From the IMG/VR virus record IMGVR_UViG_3300021255_004000, positions 160,001 through 224,000 of that record: 64,000 nt of DNA. One strand, written 5' to 3'. Numbering within the stretch: position 1 is the first letter of the stretch; each line of letters begins with the position of its first letter. This document shows, piece by piece, positions 1-9,928 of this stretch. The notes under the pieces were generated by a model that saw only the letters and a program-made list of their open reading frames with translations, was not told the origin of the DNA and made no database searches. The position numbers and the translations under genes were made by a program. The DNA comes from a virus. Its lineage: Duplodnaviria; Caudoviricetes.

Positions 1-565
1 CCTCACAAAGTAATTCATCTCCTGCTTCGTGTCCTAAAGTATCATTAACTTGTTTGAAGTTGTCAAGGTCAAGGAACATAAGATAGAAATCTTTTCCCAT
101 CTCGCTTTTCATTGCAAGCTCACGCAAAAGTCCGCGTCTGTTCAAACAACCTGTAAGTTGGTCTGTATATGCAGCTCTGTCAAGATCTTCTTCATCTTGT
201 TTTAATCTTTTAATGTAACGCCACAATGTATAGACTAAACAACATCCCAATAATGAAAATGCCATTCCTGCACCGCAGTTGATAAATCCTTCGTGAATAA
301 AATTGAGAATTGCAGATGCAAGCATAAAAGCATTGATTGGGAATACTATTTTGAAGACTTTTCCATTTGAAATGATCATTGCAAGAGAAAATGCGAATAT
401 CTGAAAAGCCATCATACAACCGTTGATTGTAACGATTGCAGCTTTTGGAAGTGTGACGAGACAAGGAATGACTCCTAAGCCGTTAAGTAAAATTACTGTA
501 AAAAATATAAGGCCCAGGAGAATCAAAATCTTTGAGATTGTGCGTCTTCTAGGTATGGTCTTCAT
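1..565 (-). CDS. Membrane-anchored GGDEF-domain protein (putative diguanylate cyclase), 3' end runs off the window; not in the ORF track
   Basis: Manual translation from ATG 565: MKTIPRRRTISKILILLGLIFF..., several hydrophobic segments, then AYTDQLTGCLNRRG...FLDLDNFKQVNDTLGHEAGDELL, the typical GGDEF N-terminal motifs. The GG(D/E)EF motif itself is outside the window. Confidence 0.85.
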   Translation of the reverse strand, partial: MKTIPRRRTISKILILLGLIFFTVILLNGLGVIPCLVTLPKAAIVTINGCMMAFQIFAFSLAMIISNGKVFKIVFPINAFMLASAILNFIHEGFINCGAGMAFSLLGCCLVYTLWRYIKRLKQDEEDLDRAAYTDQLTGCLNRRGLLRELAMKSEMGKDFYLMFLDLDNFKQVNDTLGHEAGDELLCE

Positions 566-575
566 ACAAATTAGT

Positions 576-770
576 TTATGGTTCCTCGGGATGTCGGATG
601 TAATAATCAGTTTCAGTAAAGAGTTCGCCACAGTCACTTGGTCTCTCCTTATCATTGATTGTATATCCGAAACAACAACAAGGAACTCTTTCGTTGTTAG
701 GACCTTTAGGCGGAGCAACACGATACTTGCAAAGGCGACATCCTGTAGGTTTAGATTCTTTCTTAGCCAT
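576..770 (-). CDS. Small Cys-rich hypothetical protein
   Basis: 64-aa ORF overlapping the upstream gene; CxxC plus further Cys. Confidence 0.5.
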   Translation of the reverse strand: MAKKESKPTGCRLCKYRVAPPKGPNNERVPCCCFGYTINDKERPSDCGELFTETDYYIRHPEEP

Positions 771-1536
771 TTATTTCCTCAAACTTCAAATCTTTTTGAT
801 ATGTATAACATAATTGTTGTTTCCACAACTCAAATGCTTCTTTTTTGTCAAGTCCTGGGAACAGTGTTTCAAAAAAGAAAACAGTTCCACCATCTGCAAA
901 GTCGATATACTTCACAGGAACATCACAGTTTGCAAGACGCCAATAAACTTTGTCATTGATTTCTTCTGCCCCGTAAGTATAATAAATTGTCTTTGCATTT
1001 GGATATCTTTTATGGAACTCATCAAACTTTGATATAAGCCAATGCAAACACTTTGCATCAGTATTCATTCTTATACCTTTATGTGGGTATTCATCAAACA
1101 CTTGAATGTTTGACTTATTTTTAAGTTCTTCAGGACGAATGTTGTATAAGTCGTAGTAGTAACGAACCCATTCATTTCTTCTTGAAGTATACATAAAAGT
1201 GCCGTTGTTGATATAAGGCTTATCAGTTAAACGAGCATCTGCGAAAACTGTATTCTTATGTTTGATTATTTCTTTAATGTCAGGAAAGAAAACATCTCCA
1301 TCAACTGTCAAGCAGTCTTCTTTACAGTCCATTGCCATTTTCATTCTTATTTGGTCAAGTTTGAACGGATATGTTTCTGCAATCTTTGAATGATTGCACT
1401 CTTCAATAGGTAGGTCTTTTTCTTGGAAAGTTTTTATTTCAACATTAGGCAACTGCTTTTTCAAGTTATCCAAGCAAAACTTTGCAACTGGGTTTTTGAA
1501 AAAGCGGCCTTCAAAATCGTATGTATACACAACCAT
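763..1536 (-). CDS. DXD-motif glycosyltransferase-like protein
   Basis: D-x-x-R helix followed by VDGDV (DXD) and YINNGTF, resembling GT32/GT-A enzymes; GTTAATAT motif just upstream. Confidence 0.5.
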   Translation of the reverse strand: MVVYTYDFEGRFFKNPVAKFCLDNLKKQLPNVEIKTFQEKDLPIEECNHSKIAETYPFKLDQIRMKMAMDCKEDCLTVDGDVFFPDIKEIIKHKNTVFADARLTDKPYINNGTFMYTSRRNEWVRYYYDLYNIRPEELKNKSNIQVFDEYPHKGIRMNTDAKCLHWLISKFDEFHKRYPNAKTIYYTYGAEEINDKVYWRLANCDVPVKYIDFADGGTVFFFETLFPGLDKKEAFELWKQQLCYTYQKDLKFEEING

Positions 1537-1550
1537 ACGATTATATTAAC

Positions 1551-1826
1551 TTAATTCTTATTGAGCATACAATCTGAGCCTTGAACAATTTCCCATTGAT
1601 CTCCCCATTGTTCAACAGCTTCAACTTTGTTTTTATATGCAGGAGTTGTTCTTAAGCACTCATCACATTGAATGTACTTTTTGAAACATTTATGTTTCTC
1701 ATCCCACATTCTACGGACAAATGCAGTTGGCTTTTGATAAACCTCTGCACAGTCAGGACAATAAAAGCCATAAAGATTGTCAAATGTGCAGGTGTTTCTT
1801 ATAAAGGCTTTGATCTTATGCAGCAT
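1551..1826 (-). CDS. Lar-like zinc-binding (restriction alleviation-like) protein
   Basis: CPDC...IQCDEC...KVEAVEQW pattern typical of the Lar family. Confidence 0.45.
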   Translation of the reverse strand: MLHKIKAFIRNTCTFDNLYGFYCPDCAEVYQKPTAFVRRMWDEKHKCFKKYIQCDECLRTTPAYKNKVEAVEQWGDQWEIVQGSDCMLNKN

Positions 1827-2382
1827 ATTGCATCCTTATGTTGTGTGCTCTTTCTTTACAAGAAGCGCAAGTTTCTTTCGAGAAGTCGAACTCTTCTTTT
1901 CTTTCAATCTTCCCTTTCATTTCATCAAGAACAAAAGTTGTGTAGTAGAAATCTTCGATAAAGTCACCAAAGTACTTTTCAGTTGCGGCCCTTGTTCCAT
2001 ACTTACGAATGATGCGGTCTGCTTTACGCGGTGATATTCTGACAAGTTTCTGATAAGCGCTTCCTAAAAGTTCCTGTCCCATTGTCAACACTGTCATAAT
2101 TTCAATGGCAGCAATGCCGGAAATCTTATGCTCTTTTATTTCTTCATTATCTTTCAAATAATGAGCAAAGTCCTTCATATGTTTGTTGACTCTGTCAAAC
2201 GAAGCTTCCATTTCAAGAACCCATTTTGCACCAGGGTGTTTGCGGAAATAAGCTTCCTTTATTTCTTTAGGACAATCATCACTTGAGATGTTGTACTTAA
2301 CTCTCTTAATCTTAATGTGGGTAGCTGCCCAGAAAAGTGTTGCAAAAACAAAAATCCAAGCAATCGTTGCGACTGTGTTCAT
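1816..2382 (-). CDS. Hypothetical protein with N-terminal TM helix
   Basis: 188 aa, hydrophobic N-terminus, GGAG RBS. Confidence 0.6.
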   Translation of the reverse strand: MNTVATIAWIFVFATLFWAATHIKIKRVKYNISSDDCPKEIKEAYFRKHPGAKWVLEMEASFDRVNKHMKDFAHYLKDNEEIKEHKISGIAAIEIMTVLTMGQELLGSAYQKLVRISPRKADRIIRKYGTRAATEKYFGDFIEDFYYTTFVLDEMKGKIERKEEFDFSKETCASCKERAHNIRMQYAA

Positions 2383-2427
2383 TTTTACTCCTATTGATTA
2401 TATTAACGGGCCGAAGCCCATTTTTGA

Positions 2428-2808
2428 TTAGAACTTGAGGCTCCAAGCAGTTGTACGATAAGTCTTTCCTGAAGATGTTTCAACAGAGAAGGCGTACTTT
2501 GGAGAACGAGAATTGAAATCCTTGATCTTGCAGCGGCCGAGGCCAGAAACTTCAACATAAGTTCCAAGAACCTTTTCAGGTGCCTTAATGCCGTTCTTTG
2601 TAAGGAACCACTTTGCACGGCTTTCTGTTACAGGATCGATCTTGTATTCGCCATTTGCATCAAGTGCCTTTGTTGTTACCTTCCAGTCAAGGTTTGCATC
2701 GGTATATGTAAGGCAACAGTTGATCTTTTCAAGATTGTGCTTGCGGCAGAATTCTTCCACCATCTGTCCAAACTCAACATTCAATTCGTGTGCCAATTCT
2801 CTAGTCAT
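2428..2808 (-). CDS. Hypothetical early protein
   Basis: 126 aa, AAGGAG RBS, directly downstream of a class I promoter. Confidence 0.65.
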   Translation of the reverse strand: MTRELAHELNVEFGQMVEEFCRKHNLEKINCCLTYTDANLDWKVTTKALDANGEYKIDPVTESRAKWFLTKNGIKAPEKVLGTYVEVSGLGRCKIKDFNSRSPKYAFSVETSSGKTYRTTAWSLKF

Positions 2809-2834
2809 AAGTTACTCCTTAATTTGTTTTGTTT

Positions 2835-2873
2835 TTACAAAAATAATATAAAAGAAAATTATCAAAAGTTCAA
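2835..2873 (-). promoter_or_regulatory. Class I (sigma70-like, probably early) promoter, copy 1 of 9
   Basis: TTGAAC-17 nt-TATATT-ATT..TGTAA; the same 39-bp layout recurs nine times. Confidence 0.8.
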
Positions 2874-2903
2874 AATAATAAATAAAATCCTTGTATTCAT
2901 ATA

Positions 2904-2932
2904 TTATTATTGTCCCATATAGCTAAAAAAGT
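2904..2932 (+). repeat. 29-bp dispersed element TTATTATTGTCCCATATAGCTAAAAAAGT, copy 1
   Basis: Identical to 27959-27987 and to the reverse complement of 54816-54844. Confidence 0.9.
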
Positions 2933-2940
2933 GGGTTGCA

Positions 2941-3003
2941 ATTATACCTGATAGGGTACAAAAGTTGGTAAATTACTGGAAATTGTACCTGATAGGGTAT
3001 AAT
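2941..3003. repeat. Paired sites with inverted arms and a shared asymmetric core (TACCTGATAGGGTA x2)
   Basis: 14-bp direct repeat at 2945-2958 and 2986-2999; the outer arms ATTATACC/GGTATAAT and the inner arms GGTACAA/TTGTACC are inverted pairs. Confidence 0.75.
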
Positions 3004-3027
3004 CATAATTTTAGTTAATATTGATAT

Positions 3028-3243
3028 ATGAAGAACTTCAAAAAATGGTTGAATGAAAATGGACTTGAGACAGGTCTGACAATGCAACCTAGTGAACAGA
3101 TATTCCGCAAAGATGGGAAGAGTTTCCAAACAGGACGTCTTGCTATGACACTTAAAGATCTTTTTAATGCAGGATATGAACAATGCTTGAAAGACCTTGA
3201 AGACTTTCAACAATCAAGAGCAGCTGAAGAAAATGGTGGCTAA
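3028..3243 (+). CDS. Hypothetical protein
   Basis: 71 aa, GTTAATAT motif at 3014-3021. Confidence 0.6.
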   Translation: MKNFKKWLNENGLETGLTMQPSEQIFRKDGKSFQTGRLAMTLKDLFNAGYEQCLKDLEDFQQSRAAEENGG

Positions 3244-3303
3244 TAAGTTAATATAAAAATAAGTTCAATTTTATGGACATAATTTCTAAATAGAGGTATT
3301 GAA

Positions 3304-4524
3304 ATGAAATTTACACTTTCAAAGAATGAGCTTTCAAAGCTCAGTACACTTGTAAAAACATCACAGACAGTATCTGATGTTTCCATCAAAGCTTCACATT
3401 ATATGTTTAAGCTTGCTGACAAACTTTATGCTTCAATTTACGGAAGCGGAAATGTTGTTGACTTCTCAGTTGAAGTTACTGATGTTGAACTTTCAGGAAA
3501 TGGCTACTTCAATGTTGATGTAACACAGCTTATTCAGGCTTTTGAAAAAGTTTATATGGCTTCTGGAGCAGATGTTGCAACTGCAGATGTTCAGGCAAAC
3601 AAGATTATCGTATCAAACGGTAAGTCACGCATTTCTGTAAACTTGTTTGACTTGCTCGATGAAGCAGACTTCACAGAAGCATTTGCTGCACTTCCTTCAA
3701 AGAAAACTGAAAAGTTTGCCGCAAACACAGTTGTTGCAACAATTACGCCGGATGTCGTTTCCTTTATGGAAACTGTAGGTAAGTTCATCAATATGGTTGG
3801 TAATGACCGTGTTTCAGGTTTGTCATTGAAGGACAACAAAATCCTTTATTGTGACCAGGCATTCTCAATCATTGACAAGACTGTCCCAGATCAGTTGACA
3901 AACGGCGAAAAGGTTTACATTCCGCAGAACACATTTGCATTGCTTTCCGCAATTTCAAAACTTGCAGGTACTTACAATGTAACATATTCTGAAGACGGTC
4001 AGTATATGTTGATTGAAGTTCCACAGATTGGATTCAACGCAATCATCACTGTTCCTGAAACACTTTGTGAATATCCTGAGGACGAAACTCTTAAACAGAT
4101 TTGTCCTGATGAAACAAATATGGTTGAGTTTGATGTTGACATTCCAACATTGCTCACAAAGATGAATATGTTCGATGGTGTTTTCCCATCATCACAGTGG
4201 AGATGGAAGACAATCGAGTTTTACAACAAGAATGAAGACGGCGAAAAGTCAATGAATATGCGTTACAGCAATATGTGCGCAGAAGTTGATACTGACTTGC
4301 CTGTTATGAACTTGAACGAAGTAGGAAACATTCCTGAGTTCAGTTTCCGCCTTGCTTCAATCTTGGTTTATGATTACCTCAATAAACTTGTTGGTGGTGC
4401 AAGAACTGCTCACGTGAAAGTTTCACCGCTTGAAGCAGATCAGCCAAACGGTGTAGGCGTAATCTTTGATGTTGACAACTTCCGTCTCGTAACATCAAAA
4501 ATGGTAAATGAAGATAGCATCTAA
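3304..4524 (+). CDS. DNA polymerase sliding clamp (beta-clamp/DnaN-like)
   Basis: 406 aa; N-terminus MKFTLSKNEL resembles the DnaN start; EYP..LKQICP resembles the (F/Y)PdyrrviP linker; alternating beta/alpha pattern. Confidence 0.55.
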   Translation: MKFTLSKNELSKLSTLVKTSQTVSDVSIKASHYMFKLADKLYASIYGSGNVVDFSVEVTDVELSGNGYFNVDVTQLIQAFEKVYMASGADVATADVQANKIIVSNGKSRISVNLFDLLDEADFTEAFAALPSKKTEKFAANTVVATITPDVVSFMETVGKFINMVGNDRVSGLSLKDNKILYCDQAFSIIDKTVPDQLTNGEKVYIPQNTFALLSAISKLAGTYNVTYSEDGQYMLIEVPQIGFNAIITVPETLCEYPEDETLKQICPDETNMVEFDVDIPTLLTKMNMFDGVFPSSQWRWKTIEFYNKNEDGEKSMNMRYSNMCAEVDTDLPVMNLNEVGNIPEFSFRLASILVYDYLNKLVGGARTAHVKVSPLEADQPNGVGVIFDVDNFRLVTSKMVNEDSI

Positions 4525-4544
4525 TCTATCATTTTAATACCTTT

Positions 4545-4573
4545 AAGGCGTGGTCTTCGTGATCACGCCTTTT
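4545..4573 (+). terminator. Intrinsic terminator followed directly by a GTTAATAT motif
   Basis: AAGGCGTG..CACGCCTTTT. Confidence 0.75.
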
Positions 4574-4589
4574 GTGTTAATATATCATT

Positions 4590-5336
4590 ATGGTTGATTT
4601 TGATATAAAGCATTATTTGATTGATGAAGTCGAAGTTGAAAAGGACCCTCATCGCTTTGATAATTTTTATGGCGACATCGAAAGCAAACCAGAGACAGAG
4701 CAACAATTATTTGCTCTTCAAAAGGAATATCTTGAAAACGGCCGCTCACAGGAAGTGTGGGCGAAAATGTTTGAAATATGTTGGTCGTATATGCAGTCTT
4801 TGATTAAGAAAAGACAGACAGGTGGTAAGTTTATCGAAAAAGAAGAACTTGACGATAAGACTACTGCTGCAACACTTGCATTTATGTCGCAATATTTGAC
4901 AAAGCCTGAGTTTGAAGTTGGCGCTTCATTTGCTGGTATGATGGGATGGAAAATCGTTGAGGTTATGTACAAACCATCTGCTGACGATAAAGCTGTTTCA
5001 ATGTCATTGGAAATTGATGATGACGGAAAGAACACACTTGAGGATTTGATTGCTGCTGAAGAAGTTGGCGGCTGGACATCTCCTGAAGATGATGTATGTC
5101 GAGAAGACCCAATTGATATTATCAATGAAGTACTTGAAGAACTTGATGAAGTTATCGACGATTTCTATTTAAGAACTATTGTAAGAGGCTATTTAACTCT
5201 TTGTCTTAAACATCCAAAGAATCGACATTCAAAAAGAATGTTCTTAAATCGTTGGGCAACAGATCAGAAATCTGAGAAGTTGATTGAATACACAATGTTG
5301 ACAATTCACAACAGATTAAGAGAGGCAAGCAACTAA
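4590..5336 (+). CDS. Phage sigma-factor-like protein
   Basis: AVSMSLEIDDDGKNTLEDLI...SPED resembles sigma70 region 3.2; helical, 248 aa. Confidence 0.55.
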   Translation: MVDFDIKHYLIDEVEVEKDPHRFDNFYGDIESKPETEQQLFALQKEYLENGRSQEVWAKMFEICWSYMQSLIKKRQTGGKFIEKEELDDKTTAATLAFMSQYLTKPEFEVGASFAGMMGWKIVEVMYKPSADDKAVSMSLEIDDDGKNTLEDLIAAEEVGGWTSPEDDVCREDPIDIINEVLEELDEVIDDFYLRTIVRGYLTLCLKHPKNRHSKRMFLNRWATDQKSEKLIEYTMLTIHNRLREASN

Positions 5337-5342
5337 TCATAC

Positions 5343-5368
5343 AAGGCAGCTAACAAGCTGCCTTTTTT
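5343..5368 (+). terminator. Intrinsic terminator followed by an ACTAATT motif
   Basis: AAGGCAGC..GCTGCCTTTTTT. Confidence 0.8.
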
Positions 5369-5373
5369 ACTAA

Positions 5374-6555
5374 TTGAATATGATTAGCAATGTCGATTAT
5401 TTGTTAAGCCTCGTTGGCAAGAACAATGCAGAGATACGAGATACTTGGGTTCTTACAGGTACAACTATCGTATCAAAGCAAACAAGAAGATATATAAAAG
5501 ACTCAATCTTTCAAGTTTCTTGCACTCCTGGCACTCCACTCAATGGAGCAATCCTTTACTGTAAGGCAGATTATTCCGTAGGCGATTTATGGCCTTTAAT
5601 TGACTGGGACTCTTATAGCGTACAAGATATTTCAGGACTCATTGGTTCATATCAAGGAGTTGAAACACCTTTCTTTCAAGTACTTTTGACAAAAGAACAA
5701 CTTGATGAAGTTGAAGATATTCCTGTGAATGAAAATCTTGAGCTGTACAGTGGTTCTCAGGAATGTGGCGGTGTAATCATTGATGATGAACAACTTGGCA
5801 TTATTCTTGGTGAATTAGGTGTGCCATTCCTTCGCATTGATGAACTTGAACTTACAGGAAATGCTATTCGTCAATATTGCATTAAGCCAGCAATGGACTA
5901 TTACTTTGGATATTTCCCAATCATAAAAGAAGAATCAGTTGGCAATATAAGTGCAGGCGGTTCATTCAAAAAAGAATTCCCAGAAGGAGCTTTTGCTTGT
6001 GTTCCTTATTATGTATTAGGCGCTGCAGGAAGTAACGCAGGTTACGGGGCAGGTGCCTTCTCATTGTACCGTGAACAAATGATTTACGGTGGAGCATCAG
6101 GAAGCAGTTTTGGCTCAGGCGTTTCATATCGAAAGTCTGTCCCAGGCTTCGTAGGACTTCACAACAGAGATGCTGCTTTACAAGCACTTGCAGCAAATCA
6201 AGGATATTTGAATTACTTCCGTCGCGAGCACGTGAAAACAATAAAAGAAAACGGCAAAAAGTACGCCACAGGATACTCAACAACTGGCGGAGCCGTATGT
6301 ATAAAATGGTTGTGTGCGTCATATGACTTTGACGACATCAAGTTTTCAATGAGAACAGATTTCCGCAATATTTGTAAAGCTTATGTTTTAAGAAACATTG
6401 GTATGTTGCGTTCAATGGTTAAAAGTGATCTCCCAGGTAACATTGACTATTCAATGTACACATCTCGTGCAGACAGTCTTGAACAGAAAGTTGCAGAGAA
6501 GTGGGAGAAGTGTGCAACTTCAATGGCATTAGCAGTAATGCGTGGTGGTTTATAA
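5374..6555 (+). CDS. Putative head-tail neck protein (T4 gp13-like); real start probably ATG 5380
   Basis: C-terminal AYVLRNIGMLRS..LPGNIDYS pattern resembles myovirus neck proteins; adjacent to terminase. Confidence 0.45.
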   Translation: MNMISNVDYLLSLVGKNNAEIRDTWVLTGTTIVSKQTRRYIKDSIFQVSCTPGTPLNGAILYCKADYSVGDLWPLIDWDSYSVQDISGLIGSYQGVETPFFQVLLTKEQLDEVEDIPVNENLELYSGSQECGGVIIDDEQLGIILGELGVPFLRIDELELTGNAIRQYCIKPAMDYYFGYFPIIKEESVGNISAGGSFKKEFPEGAFACVPYYVLGAAGSNAGYGAGAFSLYREQMIYGGASGSSFGSGVSYRKSVPGFVGLHNRDAALQALAANQGYLNYFRREHVKTIKENGKKYATGYSTTGGAVCIKWLCASYDFDDIKFSMRTDFRNICKAYVLRNIGMLRSMVKSDLPGNIDYSMYTSRADSLEQKVAEKWEKCATSMALAVMRGGL

Positions 6556-6577
6556 TCGACATTGGAGGAGTTAACAA

Positions 6578-8992
6578 ATGAATATTATTCTTCCAGGTGA
6601 ATCGGGCGTAAGCAAATACGATGAAGATCCGAATGCACCACTTTATACTGAAGACAAAGATGTTGTAATGACCAAAGATGAAAAGAAGCATTGGATGGCA
6701 GGCGATGATGTTCCTGTTATTCAAGCAACCAATCCTTGGTCGATGCAAGTTGATGACACAAATGTGGATAAAGATTTTTATAAGCAAAATCTTGAAATGC
6801 CACAGCAACCCGCAGATCAGATACTTACTTTAGGTAAAGCAGACTTCAATCAAAACATAAATAATGTTGCAAGTATCTTACGAGATATTTTGGCAGGTGA
6901 TCCTAAAGCAATGGAAAGGCCCGAGTTCCAAGCGCTCAATTTCCCTGCAATTAAAGCTTATCTTGAATGGGCAATTAAAACAAATACTTTAGCTGATGCA
7001 GCTAAAGGTGACTTGATGAACAATGCTTGGCGTCTTAATTTCAAATGTAGACCGCCAACACCCGAAGAGTTCTTACAAGAAAAGTTTATCGGTGCGCAGG
7101 CTGAAGCTTTGCACAAACCTCTTATTGACATTTTCTGTGAGTTCTTCGACCCACTTAAACCTTATCGAACTTTGGTTCTTACGCAGTGTATCGGTTGGGG
7201 TAAGTCAACACTTTCTACACTTGCACAGCTTTATATCTCAGTTCACTATGCAATGATGTGGCACCCATATCGTTTCTTTGGTATGGCTATGTCTTCAATC
7301 TTTACTCAATGCTTGGGCGGTTGGAACCAAAAGAAAGCGTCAGAATTGTTACTTGAGCCTTTTACTCAGATTCTTGAAGGCGCTCCTTATTTCCAACGCG
7401 TTCGTACACACCAAGATTTGGTTGACGCTTCAGCTGAAGATATAAGTGACTGCATTCACTGGACAACATCAACACCAACATCTGCGCTTGCAATGCAAAA
7501 CGGTGTCAACTATAAGATTATCAATGGTGCAGGTTCTATCTTGGGACAGAACATCATTTCAGCAGTAATTTCTGAGTTGACAATGTTTTCAGAAAATGGT
7601 TGGTCAGACGACAAAATCTTTACATTCTTTACAAAACTTCGTAAAAGAATTGATAACCGTATGAAAGGCAACTACTATGGACGGTTCATCATTGACTCTC
7701 AGCCAAACTCACTTGAAAGTCCTATTGACGAATGGATTTGGGACGAAGGCACAAAAAAGAATAAAAAGAATTATATCGTTACAGGCTCAAGATGGAAGTA
7801 CTTTCCAAAAGAGTTCCCAACAGCGTGGGAGACACCTCGAACAGATTGGAAGCAGCCTGTCAATCTTAAGAAAGACTTTGTTCACGCATTCCCAGTGTTT
7901 AAGGGTGGTGATGGACAGCCGCCTAAAGTTGTTGAGACTGAAAATGAATTATCAACTTACAATCCACAGGATATTGAATGGGCTCCAATGAATCAGATTA
8001 CTTCAAACGGTGTCGTTTCATTCAAAGACAACGCTGAAGAATCTCCAATCAACTTCTTACGAGACCAAGCAGGTATTCCTTCAGGCGCGGCTGACCGTTT
8101 GATTTACAATAAAGAATGGATAGATCATACATTTGATAACAATCTTAAAAACATTTATTCAACGATCATTGCAAAGACTGAAGATGAGCCTGAACATTTG
8201 ATTTGGAATCAAGTTAAAGATAAGTTCTTCAACAAGATTCTTGGTAAATATTATTTCTATTATGAACCGTCTTTGCCTCGTGCTGCATCAATCGACTTGG
8301 CTATTTCAGGCGATACTGCAGGCATTGCAATAAGTCACGTTGAAAGAGATAAAGTGCGACTTGATACACAAGGACAACCTTTGAAAGTTTATGTTACTGA
8401 TATGGTTGTTCCTGTTATTCCTAAAGGTGGTATGATTAACTTGGATGCTTTCAAGTTCTTTATCCTTGACTTAATTCGACTTGGCAATATGAACATTCGT
8501 CACGTGTCGTTCGACTCATTCCAGTCAAGAGCTATGATGCAGTCATTGGAGCGTGCAGGCATTGAAGTTGATTATGTTTCAGTCGATAAGAATAATGCAC
8601 CTTACTTGTCACTTGTTGACTATGTAATTCATAAAAGATATTACTGTGGCAAATCTGTTATGGTAAAGAACAACTTGCTTGCTTTACAAATGGTTAAGCG
8701 AAAGACGACAGGAACAACAAAGATAGATCATATGAACGGTGAAAATGTTTATAGTGATGAGTTCTGTCTTCCAGGTTCAGAATATACAGAGCAAAGTTGG
8801 CAGTGGAGCAAGGTTGGAAGTAATGCAAAAGATATTACTGACTGCATTGCAGGTAACTTGCATTTGCTTGATACTTATGAAAATGAGTATATCCCATTCC
8901 ACATTTGGGATCCATTAAAAGAAAAAGAAAGAACCTATGAGGGTGAAAAGAAAAAGCAACAACTTTTAATTAAAAATATGGGATTCCATTAA
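6578..8992 (+). CDS. terL: Terminase large subunit
   Basis: Walker A-like CIGWGKST, Walker B-like AVISE, RNase H-like nuclease motifs ASIDLA, SFDSFQS, KDITD. Confidence 0.85.
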   Translation: MNIILPGESGVSKYDEDPNAPLYTEDKDVVMTKDEKKHWMAGDDVPVIQATNPWSMQVDDTNVDKDFYKQNLEMPQQPADQILTLGKADFNQNINNVASILRDILAGDPKAMERPEFQALNFPAIKAYLEWAIKTNTLADAAKGDLMNNAWRLNFKCRPPTPEEFLQEKFIGAQAEALHKPLIDIFCEFFDPLKPYRTLVLTQCIGWGKSTLSTLAQLYISVHYAMMWHPYRFFGMAMSSIFTQCLGGWNQKKASELLLEPFTQILEGAPYFQRVRTHQDLVDASAEDISDCIHWTTSTPTSALAMQNGVNYKIINGAGSILGQNIISAVISELTMFSENGWSDDKIFTFFTKLRKRIDNRMKGNYYGRFIIDSQPNSLESPIDEWIWDEGTKKNKKNYIVTGSRWKYFPKEFPTAWETPRTDWKQPVNLKKDFVHAFPVFKGGDGQPPKVVETENELSTYNPQDIEWAPMNQITSNGVVSFKDNAEESPINFLRDQAGIPSGAADRLIYNKEWIDHTFDNNLKNIYSTIIAKTEDEPEHLIWNQVKDKFFNKILGKYYFYYEPSLPRAASIDLAISGDTAGIAISHVERDKVRLDTQGQPLKVYVTDMVVPVIPKGGMINLDAFKFFILDLIRLGNMNIRHVSFDSFQSRAMMQSLERAGIEVDYVSVDKNNAPYLSLVDYVIHKRYYCGKSVMVKNNLLALQMVKRKTTGTTKIDHMNGENVYSDEFCLPGSEYTEQSWQWSKVGSNAKDITDCIAGNLHLLDTYENEYIPFHIWDPLKEKERTYEGEKKKQQLLIKNMGFH

Positions 8993-8999
8993 AATAATA

Positions 9000-9026
9000 A
9001 AGGCGGCCTTGAGCCGCCTTGTTTTT
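9000..9026. terminator. Bidirectional terminator between convergent genes
   Basis: AAGGCGGC..GCCGCCTT. Confidence 0.75.
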
Positions 9027-9582
9027 ATTTGAAGCGTTTATGCATCCATTCATTAAAAGCAACGTCCTCTTCAAGTGTTTCACCACCTAAAGGTGTTCGA
9101 CCGCTGCCGTCTTTGCTTTTTGGATTTTTGAAGCCTTCATCAATTTCTTTGTTTAATGTCGACTTTTCTTTTGCAACTGGGAAGTCTTTTGCTGTCTTTT
9201 CACAGTAATATGTCAATTCACTGATGTCAACATAATCACTGTCGTCAGTGCCGATTGCATCAGTTGTGATAGGATATTTGCCAACAAGATAAGCGGCCTG
9301 CTTTCCATTTGGAAATAAGCCGATTTCAAATGATGTTGTTCTTGCTTTTTTAATTCTTACAACCAATGTTTTATCGAAGTTCATAAACGGATAAACTTCA
9401 ATATAGAAAGCATCAGGAGACTGAAGTACATCAAACTCAACATTTGAAATCTTTTCATAAAGCGCTTTCATAAATGCTGCTTTGTTTTCATTTGTTGTAA
9501 AATGTTCTTCAAGATTTTTCTTTTTGTCTTCTTCCTGCATTGCCTTTACAGATTCAGATAATTTACTCAATTTTTCCTCCAA
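9025..9582 (-). CDS. Hypothetical protein (start probably a TTG a few codons downstream, after GGAGG)
   Basis: 185-aa ORF in the minus-strand run. Confidence 0.6.
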   Translation of the reverse strand: MEEKLSKLSESVKAMQEEDKKKNLEEHFTTNENKAAFMKALYEKISNVEFDVLQSPDAFYIEVYPFMNFDKTLVVRIKKARTTSFEIGLFPNGKQAAYLVGKYPITTDAIGTDDSDYVDISELTYYCEKTAKDFPVAKEKSTLNKEIDEGFKNPKSKDGSGRTPLGGETLEEDVAFNEWMHKRFK

Positions 9583-9928
9583 GTTTTTGATAAGCTTTCA
9601 AATACTCATTAAGTGCACTTGCCAATCTTTTCATAGCGCGAACATTTGAAATATGAGGCAAAGCCATCTGTACTTCCTTACAAAGTTTAAGGGCGTACTT
9701 ACTTAACTTAAGCTCATCAACTTCTTTCTTTTTTGTTTCCATTAAGCGTATGCTTCAGGAATTGGCAAGTCAAAGCAAACAGCTTTGCCATTATGGTCAA
9801 GAGCGTCTCCGCTTTCAATCAATTTATCAAGCTGTTCATTCGAGATACCAAACTGTTCGCGCACATTACTTCTGTGTGAAATTGAAGCAGGATGATGTGG
9901 TGTAATTACAAGTATTCTTTCAAAGTCT

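Noticed and set aside
9563-9609. In-frame TGA upstream of 9025-9582 suggesting stop-codon recoding
   Set aside because: Explained by an overlapping small ORF in another frame and a GGAGG-TTG start; long conserved genes translate intact with the standard code
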